A model generated the notes under the pieces. The model was not told where the DNA came from. It worked only from the letters and a program-made list of their open reading frames with translations, and ran no database searches. From Pocillopora damicornis (lineage: Eukaryota): a stretch of 64,000 nucleotides of DNA. The stretch spans positions 248,001-312,000 of the forward strand of contig NW_020844270.1 in assembly GCF_003704095.1 (NCBI RefSeq). Reading direction: 5' to 3'. A program made the position numbers and the translations under genes. Shown piece by piece: positions 14,301 to 28,472 of the stretch (position 1 is the first letter of the stretch; every line of letters begins with the position of its first letter).

Positions 14301-17300
14301 TTCCGCCCAGTGCTTGGTCTACTGACGTACACACACATTGATAAAAAAGTCACTGCTGTACTTTTCATCAGGGATTTCAAGGCAATATTGTTTCGCTATT
14401 TCTTTCGTAAATATGTGGTGAACAGACAAAAAGTAAAATAATATATTAATGTTTGGGTGCACGTTTTACTTTTGTTTCGCGGTTCAACTCCCAGTTGATA
14501 ATTGGCATTTTGTTCACAACGCGATACTAATGACATATTTTCAGAACGTTTCTCCTGTATTTGAAATAACTCGAGCTCGGTCTTATCTTTCAGTTTCTTG
14601 GCTGACTGGCTATTTGACTGTAATCATTACTTTCAGCAAATGTTTGGTTCGCGTGATTGGTTGTTTTATGTTCTTTTCTCTCTCGACCTGTAAACAAGTC
14701 CTGAGGGAAAGATTATTGGAACACATTATTTGCATCAGCAGTTTTGCTTATAGAGGCACGCCAACACAATTTCAAGTCATTCAACTAGTTGCAAGCGGGC
14801 TGGAAACAATTTGACTGGCTGAAAGCTGCGAAATCCGGTCGTTCAGGTAAGGTAACGCTTTTTTGTCCAGATCCAATAAACGTCATTTTCAAGTCATTGC
14901 TGGAGGAAACTACCCCACAGAACCATGAAGTTGTTAGCAAACCTTTTGGCCGTAATTGCTTTTTAAAAATCCTATTAATTGAGTTTCAACTATATCATGG
15001 CTAGACGCCAAAAATTTATATTTCAATCCATCAGCAATTCTAGTCAATAGCGAAGAGAATTCTTTCAAACAGCTTTTCCTTTAGGTTTTAAGGCCTAGGA
15101 AAATAACGTTTTTTTCCTCTTGAAGAAAAAATTTTATTAAGTCGAGTAACCACCAAACGCGCTGAACTAGAAACGATACAACATACGCTTTTCATTCCTT
15201 CAGATCCCCTAGAAGAAGTAATTTCCACTCACTTCTCCTTAAGTCCACTTAAAATCAAATTGCGTTCAATTCCATGCTAACATTAAATTTATATCGATGA
15301 AATTTCTATTGCGGTTTTAATGATGTATAACTAAGAAGGTAAAGAAAGATCGCGCGCAAATTTTTACCGCAACTCAGCCGTGTAAGGTAGAATACGCCTG
15401 GGTGTCCATAAATGCTCCCAAAGCGACTGGCATTGAATCAGTTATACTAACATATTAAAAAAGTTAATGCATGAGATTTCAAAATTGAATTCGCTTACTG
15501 AACCTGGGTCACTTCAAAACACTTTCAAACATCCGAGAGCGAAAAGCACTCCAGGGAGGAGCCCAAATTTGCCGCCGTTGCAGTTCAATTATCAATTGAT
15601 TGTATGATCTATAACAAGCTAAAGTTATGAAGTCCTCAAGAACTTGATTAAAGTGACAGTTAGTAATGTACTTTAAACTCCTTGCAACAGCGGAGAAACA
15701 GGTCGAAAGAATCTTCTCCGGTGATTCTTATTCACCCACGAAGAACTTGTATGTCTAACAAAAGGCATATACAGTTACAAAACTTTGTAAATTGGGCGGC
15801 TGTAATTAGACACCGACTTGACCGCGCGGTAATGACGTCACATATTCCCGCTTAAAAGACTCATCAGAATGGACAACATTTGTCAGAGATACGACTGATT
15901 TATGGTTAACATAACCATAAATCCCTAAAGTTGTTTATTCTAGAATTAAGATCCCAAGCAATACCAAATTGTAAGCTTCCCCCTCCAAAAGTTTACACCT
16001 TAAGGTCAAATAAGGGCGGTAGTGCAATTGCTGCTCTTTTCATCAGCCTTTCGTGCAACGATGAGTCATTTTATGTAGCAGACTCTTTCTAACACTAAAT
16101 TATAGATATAGCGTTGAGAAATATCGTAAAACGGATATGACATTTTAAAATGGCGAGAGCCGAACACTTTGTTTTGAAGTCGAAATATCATTGTGGTTCA
16201 CTTACAGCAGACACGAGAGCGCCCAGAAAAATATTCAAACAGAAAAAACAAATGCTTAATATCAAAAATGTAACATGCTTGGACACAACTTGATGCCTCT
16301 GGATCAGACACAAAGCAATACAAAACGGAAATTTCCTGCTACCCTCGACAATTTATTATAGATTGTTTACGTTTTACCCATTCTGGATTGTTCAGTGTAT
16401 TTTTAAAATACGTTAGGGTTGCAATTGTTACTGTAAAGATGCAATGAATTATCGATTTAATTAAGCTTTTTAAATCTTCGGGTGAAAACTTCGCTGGTTT
16501 GGAGTTTTAAACTTGTAGCATTACGCCAGGGTTTTCGTTTATTTTTTCAACTCTTCTTGAAAGCAATTGACTTGGTTTATCAGCAATTATCTGTTGAACA
16601 GTTTCGACTTTAGACTCCTTGTTCTATATGCAATAAAAATTTTTAGCGTTTTCAGCTCAATTATCTGGCTTTGAATGAACCCCTGATAGAAATAATTGCA
16701 TAATGCAAGGAATGAAGGGAAGTTTCTTGAGTATGGAAACGTTGTTGCTGATATTGAGCGCTGCCTTTTATAGTCATTGTTTTCAACCTTTTGATATACC
16801 TCTGTCTGAGCAAAAGTATCAATAGACAATTGTTGATGATACTAGGCTAAGCACACGGCAAGATTTATCGCCTCGATATCGTAAATAGTTATTATAAATA
16901 AAGAGAATATCTTTTTTTAAATGAAAGGTCCTTTTTGACTAAAAGTAATGGCAAATTGCATGCTCTAAAATCATGATTTTTCCCAGAAAGCGAAGAAACT
17001 TGAGTGACAGTTAAAAATTTGCAATCTTGACCTGTCCTCTAGCTCTACTAAAATTCATAAAGAAATCTATCATCAAAACTAGGGTTTGACACGATGAAGC
17101 AAAAAGACGTATTCGGAAAAGTTATGATGCTCAGTGAGTAATCTTTCACGCGGGATCCATAAAACTTGCATCGAGAAAACCATAAAAAGATTCAGGTTTC
17201 TCCTTCGCCGTTTAACAAAGAACTTTAAGTTTGTTTTTTTTTGTTTTTTTTTTTGCGCAACATTTTTTGTGTTATATTGTTCTTGTGTTGCACAGCTGAA

Positions 17301-19539
17301 TCATGTCCTAATGGCAATAGAAACAACAAAAACAGCCGGTATTCACACGTATATTTAGCATCTTAAACATGTCACAGACGTCCTGATATTAAAACTAATT
17401 GGCCGGTATTTTTTTCTTGAATTTTGTTGTTTTAAATCTGAAAGAATTGCATTCGAAATTTGGTCAGTCATTGGAGCATGAAATGTAGGAATGTCGATCC
17501 TGGTTCAATCTGCAAACTACTGAAATTGTCTATCTCTCGCTAGTAAAGAATAGTTTAGGGAGATATCCTGAAATATATGCACACAAAAATTGTTTTAAGA
17601 GATGAAAACTAAGGTGAGTGGTCTTTGGATCAGGTGGGTGGGACACGAAAACAGGCTTTGGTCAGTCTTGTTATCGAGAGTATAATCTCCACCCTATCTT
17701 GAGGTGTGTTCTGTTTAAGGACAGCCAAGGAAATCGGCGGAAATTTTCTCTGACTATAATATAATCGCTATACCTTTTATGGGATCTTAGTATCAGTTAA
17801 TAAAATCATTGTGAATTGATGAACTAGAGTTAAAATAAAGAATCTTACCATGGCCACCCAGCATTAAAGAAGGTCAGGAGAAAATTAGGGAGAAGTTTAA
17901 TTTGTAGATCGTTGCTGCACAATAACTACATGTAAAGGCTCATATCCTGGGTAAGATTAATGATTTGGCGTCCCGGATTCTTTCACTTTAATCAGAGTGT
18001 TAGCTTTGATTTTGGATATTGCAAATGTCGGCGAGTATTCAAAATTCACGGGGGAGTGGTAGATTGATTGGCGAGCCCACATCGCGTGTCGTATATCAAA
18101 TGCCTTGGATATAATGAATCGTTATCAAAGGTGAGCAAACAAACCTCACCCTTTACCTCAGCTGAGTACAGCGAAGCAACACTCTCCACTCAAGCCGTAA
18201 GTTCCCTTTGAATGTTTTGAGTGTGTAATGCACCGTAGATAATATGAATTGATGACGGACCTAGAGTTCATTATCTGGGGTTTTATTGCCAGGCGCACTG
18301 TGTAAATATTCGTCCATGCAAAGTGTATCTACTTTCTGGTATCTTCTTTTAAAATGAATTTCATAAAGGCGTTCAGTGTTGTTTGCGCTCTTTCCAGTAA
18401 AATAGAGTAAGCCAAAAAATTTTGGGACCACATTTTCTTGTTCGGACTTCTGATCACCCAAAGTGCGATGCGTGCGTTCTCCCATTTCGTCGTAATTTAA
18501 GGGCCGGTCTTAAATCAAAATGTTAATAGATTCTATTTGGAATTACGTTTCTGTAACTGTTCAGGTTACGAACTTTCAGGTTTACGAAACGTTCAGGTTT
18601 CGACTTTTCATACTTCTTTTCTTCAAAAACTAGATGTTGAGTTTGATAACAAAGACACGAAATGTGGCATTTTTTACGACTATTGCAGCTGCAGCTCAAA
18701 CTTACAAGAAACGACATTTCAAGAGGCCTCTTTTTCCCTTTCATCGGTAAAGAACAATTTTAAAGCCTTAAGACCAGATTAAAATTAGATATAATTTACA
18801 ACAAAGAGGTTGAAATTTTCATTTCCTCTCTCCTGCTCTCTTTAAAGATGCTGGGAGAGACGAAAATAATCAGAGCACCTTTGCAAATTCCCGATTTATT
18901 TTTATTGGTGTCTATCATTCCTCGCAAAGAAAGTATGTGTTCATCCTGTTGGACTGTGACCACACTGAGATAATGCAGAAAAAAACCCTTAAAATTGAAT
19001 AAATCGGCATTTGCCCAATCACATGTGAACTCTAGTTTGTCCAATATTAGTTACAGTTTCTTTTGAAAATGGCATAAAATGGCCAAACTTAACTTGATAT
19101 ACATGAAATCATGACAGAGAAAGTGTTTTAACCTGTCTTCGCAGCTTCTATTAGCTGCGATTTTAAAAAGGAAAAATTTAATATGCCAAATATTCCTTGT
19201 TAGCTATTACTAACTGCAATTAAAAAAAACCAAATGTAAACAAGCAATTTCAGAGCAGAAAGCCCATGATAGTACATGCTCTTCGGCTCTGTGTTTGCTT
19301 ACTTTGGAAAACATGATCGAATGAGCAAAATGTACAAGTAAAGTATAAAAAGCTGCTGTTAGTGTGTTCAATGTGCTAAGCAGAAAAGAAGTTCCTTTGT
19401 TTAACTTATCACGCACAGAGCAGGTCAGATCATACATTCTCAATGGGCTGTTGATTGAGTACCTGCCTTATGTTAAAATAACTTTTATACTTAATGCAGT
19501 TTTCATTCTTCATTTTGCAGTTACTTTCAACCACACGAC

Positions 19540-22500
19540 ATGGCTAACATTAGAGTTTTGGCGATTTTTCTGCTGATCGCTTTAAGCACGGCCGAGAGAA
19601 TGGTGAGTTTTATAAAATTTAACTCTGTATAACTTAGCTAACACTACGAATTATTCTACTGCATGATCATTTTAAACTTTCATAAATGCACAGTATTTTT
19701 CCTTCGATTTGAGACTGAAGTTTTTCTGGGTAACACTTCCCCTTTTTCAAGAAAGACAAGGTTAGAGGACATTCACATATTGTGAAATTTCTGAGTGTAA
19801 CAATCTCTCTTTCAATTCCTCTTACAACGACGTTGATTCTTTCGAACAGATCACACCTCATTACGCCTACAGAGCCAGAGAGAGCATAAAATACAGATAA
19901 CAACAATAAGAGCAGCTACATGATACTTCTAGGAAACTCTTTGACATAATTTTGATATTTTTTCTTTTCAGAGTGAAAGAATGATCAGTTTTAAAATGCT
20001 TTAAAAAAATCTCTGACTGAGAAATGAAAGTAGATTAAAAAACTGCATTATAGAAACCATAAACGCGCATTTCCATTTCGCAAAACAAAAGTGTACACAA
20101 ACTGAAAAAACAAATTAAAAGTAAGTAAATGACTCAATAAGCTGAGCAATAAAAGTAACAAGGAAATTGAAAATAGTAACATTATTTAACTGAAAGTATG
20201 AAGCGCAATTTCGATCCTCGTAGCCTGTACAAATCATTTTGTTGCCCCACATTTCTAATTCATGTTTTTTTTTTATTCAATTTTGTCAGGCCCCCAAAGT
20301 AGGCTTTGCAAAATGGAAAGCGCTGAGGGAATTAAAGAGAAACACAGGTAATACAAAACATACTCAGCCCTCCTGTTTGGTTGGGCATATCATGTATCTG
20401 CAGCAGAAATCGTTAAATGCGTTCATTTTGGTTGCTGCTGTAAAGGAGCAGTAGACGGAAAAGTTGTCAGTCGTTTATAAACACGTGAGATTGGAGAGAG
20501 ACGATAAGTTTACGAGTAAAAAGACACGTTTGAAACTTCAAAAATGGGCGGGGAGAAGAGATAAGTAGGAAAGAATAGAGGAAGAAATTCCTAAATAAAA
20601 ATTGACAGTAGGGAAATACGTGTTTCTTCCTACTGATATCCATGTAAGCGAATATACTCGAGGTACTCTGCGAAAGGTATCCTTGTATAGCTAAGGTTAT
20701 GCTAATACAATATCTCTTATAGTTTTTACTGCACTCACCAGTTAGCATATACCTGTTTTATGGTGTCACTTACATTGATAAAGTAGAGATTATGTTAAAC
20801 ATACGTGAGAAATGTGTATAGCTGATGACTTTCAGTTTCTAGACATTTCCAACTTGCCCTTCCTCATTGGAAAGTCGAGTTTGTAGAATCAATCACTATA
20901 AAAAACGAAAAAAAATGAATAATTTTCAAGTTGATATTTAGAGCTACACTGGCTTTTGGACATGCACTCTGTGAATGATCCGATAAAAAAACAAACAATC
21001 AAAAAAACTCACACCTCGCTATGGACCACTTATTATTTTGCGCCTGGAAGGAGGGAAGGGGGAGCGGAGGGTCTGAGGGGGATCACATGGTTTTACAGGG
21101 GGGAGGGAGGATCAGCTTTCCTTAACAGAGCCTAAAGTGGAGACTATAGAAAATTGAATGCCTGTGAGGGGGTCATTGGAATACAACAGAGCTTTAGAGG
21201 GGGAATCCTCCCCACACCACCCCTCCTAGGCGTCCCCCCAACCCTCCTCTTAGGCGATAACTAATGTTCCTAATCAAGTAGTCATTTGCAAATCTAAACG
21301 AGCTGGAGCCTGGTTACAAAGATTAAGAAAGAAAAAATGTTTGGAATCAACAGTTCTCAATGCACCACCCTTATGCAACAAAGCTATTGACATTGGAATC
21401 ACGATGGAGAGAAGGACAGAAGATGAGTGGGGATTGGAAAAGAAGTTTGCAGAGGCACTCATCAATAAGTTCCCTGTCAATCACGATATGACCCACATTG
21501 GTGTCATTGGGTTCGATCAGCGCACTCAGTTACTTTTCGATTTCAACAAACTGTTGTTAAGTGCCACATACAAGGAAGACATGTTAAAACTGATCGAGTC
21601 CTGGGGCCCTGGTAATTCGAATGATACGACTCGTGACAAAGTCATAGATCGAGCGCTGGAACTTGCGGGTGAAAAATTGTTTACTGAAGCTGGTGGAGCC
21701 AGAGGATACGATCAGGTTTGGCTATAAATTTGGGTTGCTTTTGGAAAATCTTTCATTGAGCTCTGTCATAAGGAATTTTTTATAATCGGCGCCGGGGTCA
21801 GTCTAAATCCTCAAGCTCGTATTCAGAGCACTTCACCATTTCAGTGTTAGAAAGCAGCCTGGGAATGAAGCTGGTATGGATTTCATCCATCCTCATTTAT
21901 CACTGATCTTGTTTGGTTACTCTTATACAAAGTGATCAGGGACCAGTCGCTGTTTATTTATCGTCGGGGGGGGGGGGAAAGAAATGGAATGGAAGGGGAA
22001 TCAGTCGTCGCCAAATGATTATAGAGAGAGGCTATAGAAAATTGATTGCAAATTACCTGCTAATGAGAAGGGCTCATAAAATATTACAGAGACTTATGAG
22101 AATCAGATAACCTTTATCGTTACACAACCATAACCCCCCCCCCCCCCCCCCCCTCCTCCGTCAGGCGATAAGTATCGAATAGTCTCTTAATTCATCCATT
22201 TATTCGTCATTCACTAGTTCGTTCATTCATTTACTCATTCATTTATTTAAATACATAGCAGGGCTCATTTCATTTTTATTTTTGCTTCCCAGGTTCTTGT
22301 GCTTTTGACAGACGGCAAGCAAGTGAGTCAAAGTGTTCCATCTCCTGATACTCCCGCAGCCCCAGTCGCCCGTAGACTTGAACTGCAAGGAGTACAAATT
22401 ATTGTGGTTGGTATCGGCTCTCCAGATCCTATAGAGCTTTTGGAAATTGCTGGTGCTGGTGTGGATAATATGGAAAAGTACAACAACATATTTTACCTGA

Positions 22501-22586
22501 GGGATGAAAGCATTCTTCAGTCCGAGGTAGAGAAAGTGGCAAAACGCATATGTGAGATGACCGCATCAGACATACATTCAGTTTAA
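19540..22586 (+). CDS. secreted single von Willebrand factor A (VWA) domain protein, 258 aa, 4 coding exons
   Basis: Exons 19540-19602 (signal peptide MANIRVLAIFLLIALSTAERM), 20290-20347, 21354-21715 and 22293-22586 total 777 nt, in frame. VWA hallmarks: C...IDIG, THIGVIGF, ALELAGEKLFTEAGGAR, VLVLLTDG, IIVVGIG, C-terminal ...RIC. Confidence 0.85.
21020..21275. repeat. G/C-run-rich interspersed repeat (MITE-like); second copy at ~21938-22188
   Basis: Both copies share ggacca...gggg...atcag...ctatagaaaattga...cccc...ggcgataa; both lie in introns of the VWA gene. Confidence 0.5.
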
Positions 22587-24401
22587 ACCATTTACTGTTA
22601 AAAGTCTTGTAGCAGTGACATGTTTTTTGATTTAGTCGCTGAAGAATCAAAACTAATTTTGCAGCTAGTCAGCGATACGTAGAACTGAAGATTTCTTTTA
22701 GTTTTGAAAAGTTTGCTTTGATGTTCTCTTTATTTTTAATCAAATAGCTCTGATATTCTCATCGCGTAAAGGTCGTATCAATCACATTTATGTTGTAAGA
22801 AAAAAAGTTCACTGCAGACAGTTAAACAGACGCCCTATCTTGTATTAACAGTTTAACTTCATAAAATTGGCAAATAAATTGTTTTGTTGCCTGAATAAAC
22901 TTACTAGCGTTTACTAAATTTACCTTCGTAGACTTAAACAGCGCTTCAGGAATGTATGCAAAACTAAACATCACTACATTCAGGGTAGTCAAAAAAATGA
23001 TTAAAAAATGAAACCCTGAGTTATTATAAAGTTTAGGTTTCGGTTTGTAGCTGAGCAAACACATTTAAGATTAATGTCTTTCGGTTCGTGCGTTTTGCCT
23101 GACTGAGCTATAACCCCGAAAAACGTAAAACCACACACTAGCTTTTTCACGTGAGAAATAAAAACAAAGTGATACCCCTGTCAAATCCTGGTCAAATCCT
23201 TCTCGACCTTTCAATGGCCTTCCCCAGTGTATATTTTCTTTAGCCGAAATAAAAGCGTATTTTTTTTCAACTTTCTTCTTTGAAAAATGAGCAGATATAG
23301 TTCATTCGCCTCTCCTAATACTCGAGAACAGGAGAAATAAATTAGACCCAGTGTGCATGTCGGTATCTAGCGCAAAATCGCAACCTTTTTTGTTGGTACT
23401 CAAAAATTTAGAATGTCTTTAACGGCTATTTTCATCAATGTATTCAATTATAAATCTATATATCTTCAAGAAAAGTTGGATTTTTTCTTTTTTTGTGCTG
23501 ATCCTCAACTGAGCGCTATAATATTCGCCGAAAAGCAATCGCAGCAAAGTTATGTCCAACTAAACCTGAGAACTTGAAACCCCGCACGAATCCTAGGTCG
23601 AAGTGGGGATCGAAATATTTTTGTAGTTATTGTGAGAGGCAACCTGTCGAAAAACAATCGAATAACATCAGTCCCGAGACGTCTCCTTCCCTCACCTCAC
23701 TCTCCGACACGAATATACACCGACCCTCAGTGACCTCGAGCATAGACTAATCAAGAATCAGTTCCACCGTATCCTGTCTCGTCCCCTCCCTTTGATATGT
23801 ATATCAAATGAAGAGGCCATACAAACTGTGTAGCAATAAAAAGGAATTTTAGTTTTTGATTGAAAAAGTATCAAAATTGTTGGATGGCTTCTACATCATA
23901 AAACGTGATCAGGCGACAAGGAGTGTTCCCGAAAAATACTTTGGCTTCAGAGATTTACGTAAGAGGGTATTTTTAATAAGGAGAACGAAAAAGTGCCGGA
24001 GTATCGACCAATCGAATAATTCATAGCGAAGTGTTATCAACCGTGTTCTGTTTTATCGTCGAAAACATTAGTATCGGGTCAAAATTAGGGGATTGAAAAA
24101 GCCAGGCTTTAATTCAGTCGTTTTTTAGCTTCGAATCGAAAACAGTTTTTTTTTCTTTAGTTAAACAAAAGCGCGTTTACACAGATGTTTGTCCCTTTTT
24201 CAAAGCATTTTCCATTTCCTTGACGTTTAATGCGAAAGTAATTTACTCTAATGACAGGAACAAACACAGCTGACAGGTGAGTTGGGCAGCTTAGGGGGAA
24301 CCTCACATTACTAAAATGCTCAACTGTGAAGAGTGATTGTGTAACTCAAGATCGGAAGAGCTTCGTTGGCAATTTCTTTATCTTACAAGAGGCACTTCAT
24401 A

Positions 24402-27339
24402 ATGTATTTTGTGCTTTTCTCACGTGCACAGCGCGGGGGTCGATGCTTTAGCAGTGTTATTATTACAGAAATAATCCTTTACATTTGGTTCTTTTCCACT
24501 ACTGAATTTTTAGGCGCAACACTAGCTTTTTATCCAGCAACGTTTTCTAATCGTATATTGGTGCCCCGTGCAGGATCTAGGCATGTGTATCGCTCTTTAA
24601 GTGACACAGACTGGTTGAACTGCATTATAAAATGTCACAACGATCCGATTTGTGTTTCCTACAATTTCGATCGTTCCTCGGACGATCTTGGAGTCTGTGA
24701 AATGCTGAGTTGTGGAATAGAGAGTTTATGCGACCAAAAAAGCTCTCTGATGTACTTGAAAGGAGCGATCTTTCAGCAGTTAACCTCGAAAAAGGTAAGG
24801 TTATTTATTTTCCATCGTATTTGAGGATGTTTTGGAGAACTTGACCGGGAGTGATTTTAGAGCACTTATAAAACTTCAGGCCACAGATGTCAACCAAAGA
24901 TACCTGATATCTGTGAATACATCCAAAACGTCACTTGAGTCGAAAGAAATTGTCAAATTTTTGCTCAAATTTGGCAAGCTTTGAGAACTTGCGGATATTG
25001 TTACAAAATTCAGACAGCAATTCTGAAGCATACTGGGAGTTATAGAAGGATGTTGCCTTCTCATAAGTGAAGGACTGGAGCCAAATCTGAGACCCTTGCG
25101 GCGAGTTGAGCAAAATATACACTTGCTTCGTTCATGAAAAAATTCTCATTGGCAAAAAATCAGTTCTGTATAAAAAGCTCATAGGTCTTTTCAGAGGTGA
25201 CCCGGAAAGCATATCGAATTCAACCACTGTTTCACAATGCTACTGTCTACTTAAAGAAAAAAGGCTTCATTTGATTGAAATAAGTGATACGGATTTACTT
25301 TTCTGTTTGAATGGGTCAAAGTTGTGTACTGACAGATCTGACAGATCTAATCATTGATTCTGGAATTTCTTTTAGGATGCTAATATCTGTGATCCGTCAT
25401 CAAGCACAGACAGTGAGGATGGAAACAGGAGTAGGTTCTTATATGTCAAAGGTAGAATTGAAATTACACCAAAAATTGATAAATGGATAGATCCGTAGTC
25501 AATCAACCAATTAAATAGGTCAAAATTTTGGCTCAAGTTACCCTTTATTCAAGCATGAACCCCAATGGCGTCTCTGAGAGCCGGATTTTTCGCAAGGTTC
25601 TTTCCTGGGGTTGCCGTGGAACATTTATGTCTAGGATTAGCCGCCTTTTCTCTCCACTGAAGAAACTCCTGTCTATCCACGCCCCGAAGCCATTTTTCCA
25701 CTGAGCACGTTGTCTTCGTCTCTCTCTTATCTCTGGGTGGTTAAGCAGATAGACAGACAGACAAGATAATTTGGTTTCATCAACTAAGTTGATGTTGTAA
25801 ATTAGCCACAGTAAAGAGATTCTGAGCTGATGTTTCGAGCATAATCCCTTCGTCAGAACGAATAGCAGACAGACAGACAGACAGACAGACGGACACACGG
25901 GAATGACGGAAGAAAGTCTGTTATGTCTCATTTCCCTATCCGATTCCAGATTTCAGTTTTTCTTTTCCATCTGTTGGTACAACTGATAACTACGTTCAGA
26001 AGCAGGGCCCGATGGTCCATTTGTCACAGATAAGTTTCTGCTTCTGGCTTAACGCGACAAGAGATCGTCTGACCATCTTTAGTTACCTGAGTTCCAAAGG
26101 AATCATAGAGTTAATGTTGCAAGTCGTCGACAGGAACAGTTTGTTGCTTACTGTGGGAGGAAATTCAAGGTAAGAAATTACTCAAACGACCGAGCTGTTG
26201 CGACTTGATGAATTGATGGATGAAGGGACAAAAGGACAGACTGATCACTGAAGCACTAACACACTGTTACAGACCACACCTCTGAGCAAAATACGACGCC
26301 TTCACTTTATAGTTGAAATCACCTTCTGTGGTCGTTATGAAATGTTAAGTAATTACGAAACACACTGTTACAGACCACACCTCTGAGCAAAATACGAAGC
26401 CTTCACTTTATAGTTGAAATCACCTTCTGTGGTCGTTATGAAATTGTAAAGTAATTACATTTTCCGGTGACAAAATGTTATAAATGTTGACATTTGTTTT
26501 ATCAATCTTATACTTAGTCCTTTGCAGTGAAAAAAAGTAAAACAAAGTAAAAACAAAAACTAACAAAAGAAGAGGAGCTGTTTAAACAGTAACAAAAGTA
26601 GATATTTACACCAAGGTCGCCATCATCATGGACAAATTGCAAATGCGAAGGAAAACAAATTCATTATCAAACAAAAACGAAGGATTTGTATTTTCACTGG
26701 AAGTTTATTTTGTTGTTTGCCTTGCAGTGATTGAGTCATTCTCCATGTATTTCACTTGTTATCTTGTCATTATTGTCCATGAAAGAAAATAAGAATGAAA
26801 GGCACTCAATTTCGACTTGAAGTTTCTCCCAATACTGTGCGAATTTATTTTAAAGTGACAGCTTTGTGAAGCCCACTGTGGCCGGCCATTCTTACAAATA
26901 GCATGAGGCTTTTAAGTGTAATTCACTTGTCAATTTCAACCTCTTTTTCCGCAGGAAAATTATGGCGACAATAAACGATGGGAAATGGCATCACACCTGC
27001 ACCATATGGGACAACTCTGATGGGGCGTGGTCGTTTTTCAAGGATGGTGTTGCGGTATCAAATAGAAGCCGTTTTAAAGTCGGTTATGTTATTCCCCCTG
27101 GGGGAACATTCGTGCTCGGTCAAGAACAAAAACCTGACAAAACTTTCAAAAACGTGCCATTTATTGGCGAACTGGCTAATTTTAACATTTGGAGCCGCAC
27201 TTTGCCTGCCATAAAAGTCTTAAAGATTTCCAAGTGGTGCTTTAGAGGACGGGGAGACGTGGTTTCGTGGCCTGATTTTCAATCTGCTCAGATAAACGGC
27301 AACGTGAAAATCTCAAAGCCTTCTTCTTGTGCGAAGTGA
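24402..27339 (+). CDS. PAN/apple-like domain + pentraxin domain protein, ~350 aa, 4 exons
   Basis: Exons 24402-24794 (hydrophobic leader; C-x3-C-x5-CVSYNF...CE PAN-like motif), 25376-25430, 25950-26169 (FSFPSVGTTDNYV...ISFCFWL...TIFSY) and 26955-27339 (NDGKWHHTCTIW = pentraxin HxCxxW; GGTFVLGQEQ; FIGELANFNIWSRTL; GDVVSW) total 1053 nt, in frame. Confidence 0.88.
25770..25865 (-). mobile_element. Penelope-like element terminal-repeat fragment with a degenerate hammerhead core
   Basis: Reverse complement reads ctgacga-agggattatgctc-gaaacatc-agc, followed by the tggctaatttacaacatcaacttagttgatg tail also seen at 34.2 kb and 50.8 kb. Confidence 0.6.
26258..26458. repeat. direct tandem duplication, ~101-bp unit x2, in a pentraxin intron
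   Basis: aacacactgttacagaccacacctctgagcaaaatacg...gtggtcgttatgaaat occurs at ~26258 and ~26359. Confidence 0.9.
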
Positions 27340-27656
27340 GCTTCATGCAGTCTATGCCTGGATTGTATTTTGTAGTTATGCCATAGATAGCTTTGGCGAG
27401 GAAGACACTAAAAAGTAATTGTGACAAAAAGAGCGATCGTTTTTCTAGAAAATTAGAGGATTAAACATGCATTGGGTTAAAAAAAATAAATTCTTGAAGG
27501 AGGGTACATTTGACATTTAAAAATTTCGAAGGCAACAGTCAAAAGATTACATTCAAGCAGATCACCACCATGTTCAATGGCGGATCCAGACCTTGAGCTA
27601 AGAGGGACGGGGGCGGTTTTTGTTGCTAGCCCTTCCGGCTTTTCTTCCTTCTTATC

Positions 27657-27927
27657 TCCTTATTATCATATCCTTATTATTATATCCTTATTATCATATC
27701 CTTATTATCATATCCTTATTATCATATCCTTATTATCATATCCTTATTATCATATCCTTATTATCATATCCTTATTATCATATCCTTATTATCATATCCT
27801 TATTATCATATCCTTATTATCATATCCTTATTATCATGTCCTTATTATCATGTCCTTATTATCATGTCCTTATTATCATATCCTTATTATCATATCCTTA
27901 TCATCATATCCTTATTATCATATCCTT
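27657..27927. repeat. 14-bp minisatellite (TATTATCATATCCT) x ~19
   Basis: Directly visible tandem array with a few variant units (catgtcct); follows a ggcggatccagaccttgagcta repeat end at 27578. Confidence 0.95.
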
Positions 27928-28472
27928 GCTCAAGCGTTGGGCAGGAGGACTTAATTTCTAATTCGGGGTCGGTTAAGTCACAAATCAAAGTTCTCAAAAG
28001 CATGTATCTTAGTAGAAAGCAACAAGAATTGATTTAAAAGCACGTGAAAGGTATGACATTCATCACATGCACCAATAAAGAAGAAATGGGCTCTTGTTCT
28101 CAAATGCTTTCTCCTTGTCTTCCGGTAAGCGCGGAAATCGTTCGCAGAACTTTCCTTGAAAGCTGTAAAGAACCTGCCGATATGATGATGGAAGACGTTC
28201 TTTTGCCAAAATGGCTGCAAATAATGATAAATGAAAGAACCTCTACTAAATAAAAGAAGGCAAGTATTCTGTGTGTTTTAAACACCTTTTGATAAGGAAA
28301 CCGGTATCAGTTTCACCAAGAACGCGGGCTCATCTATGCAATCCCTAAACTCATTTGCATCCACGCTGCTGTTTAGAGTGTGTACTGGAGCGTTAGCAGG
28401 ATTCTGAAAGCGCTGATCGCGGAAAATCTGAATTTAACCAGGTAAAATTTTACCTTAAACTATTTGAGTACT

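Noticed and set aside
27657-27927. CRISPR-like appearance of the tandem repeats (also 44885-45092)
   Set aside because: No unique spacers, no cas genes, eukaryotic context.
27577-27961. ORFs with (LSYPYYHILIIISL)n repeats
   Set aside because: Artefacts of a stop-free 14-bp minisatellite; open in more than one frame with no splice or start context.
28044-28253. 69-aa ORF between the pentraxin and LicD genes
   Set aside because: Non-ATG start, no motif and no supporting splice structure.
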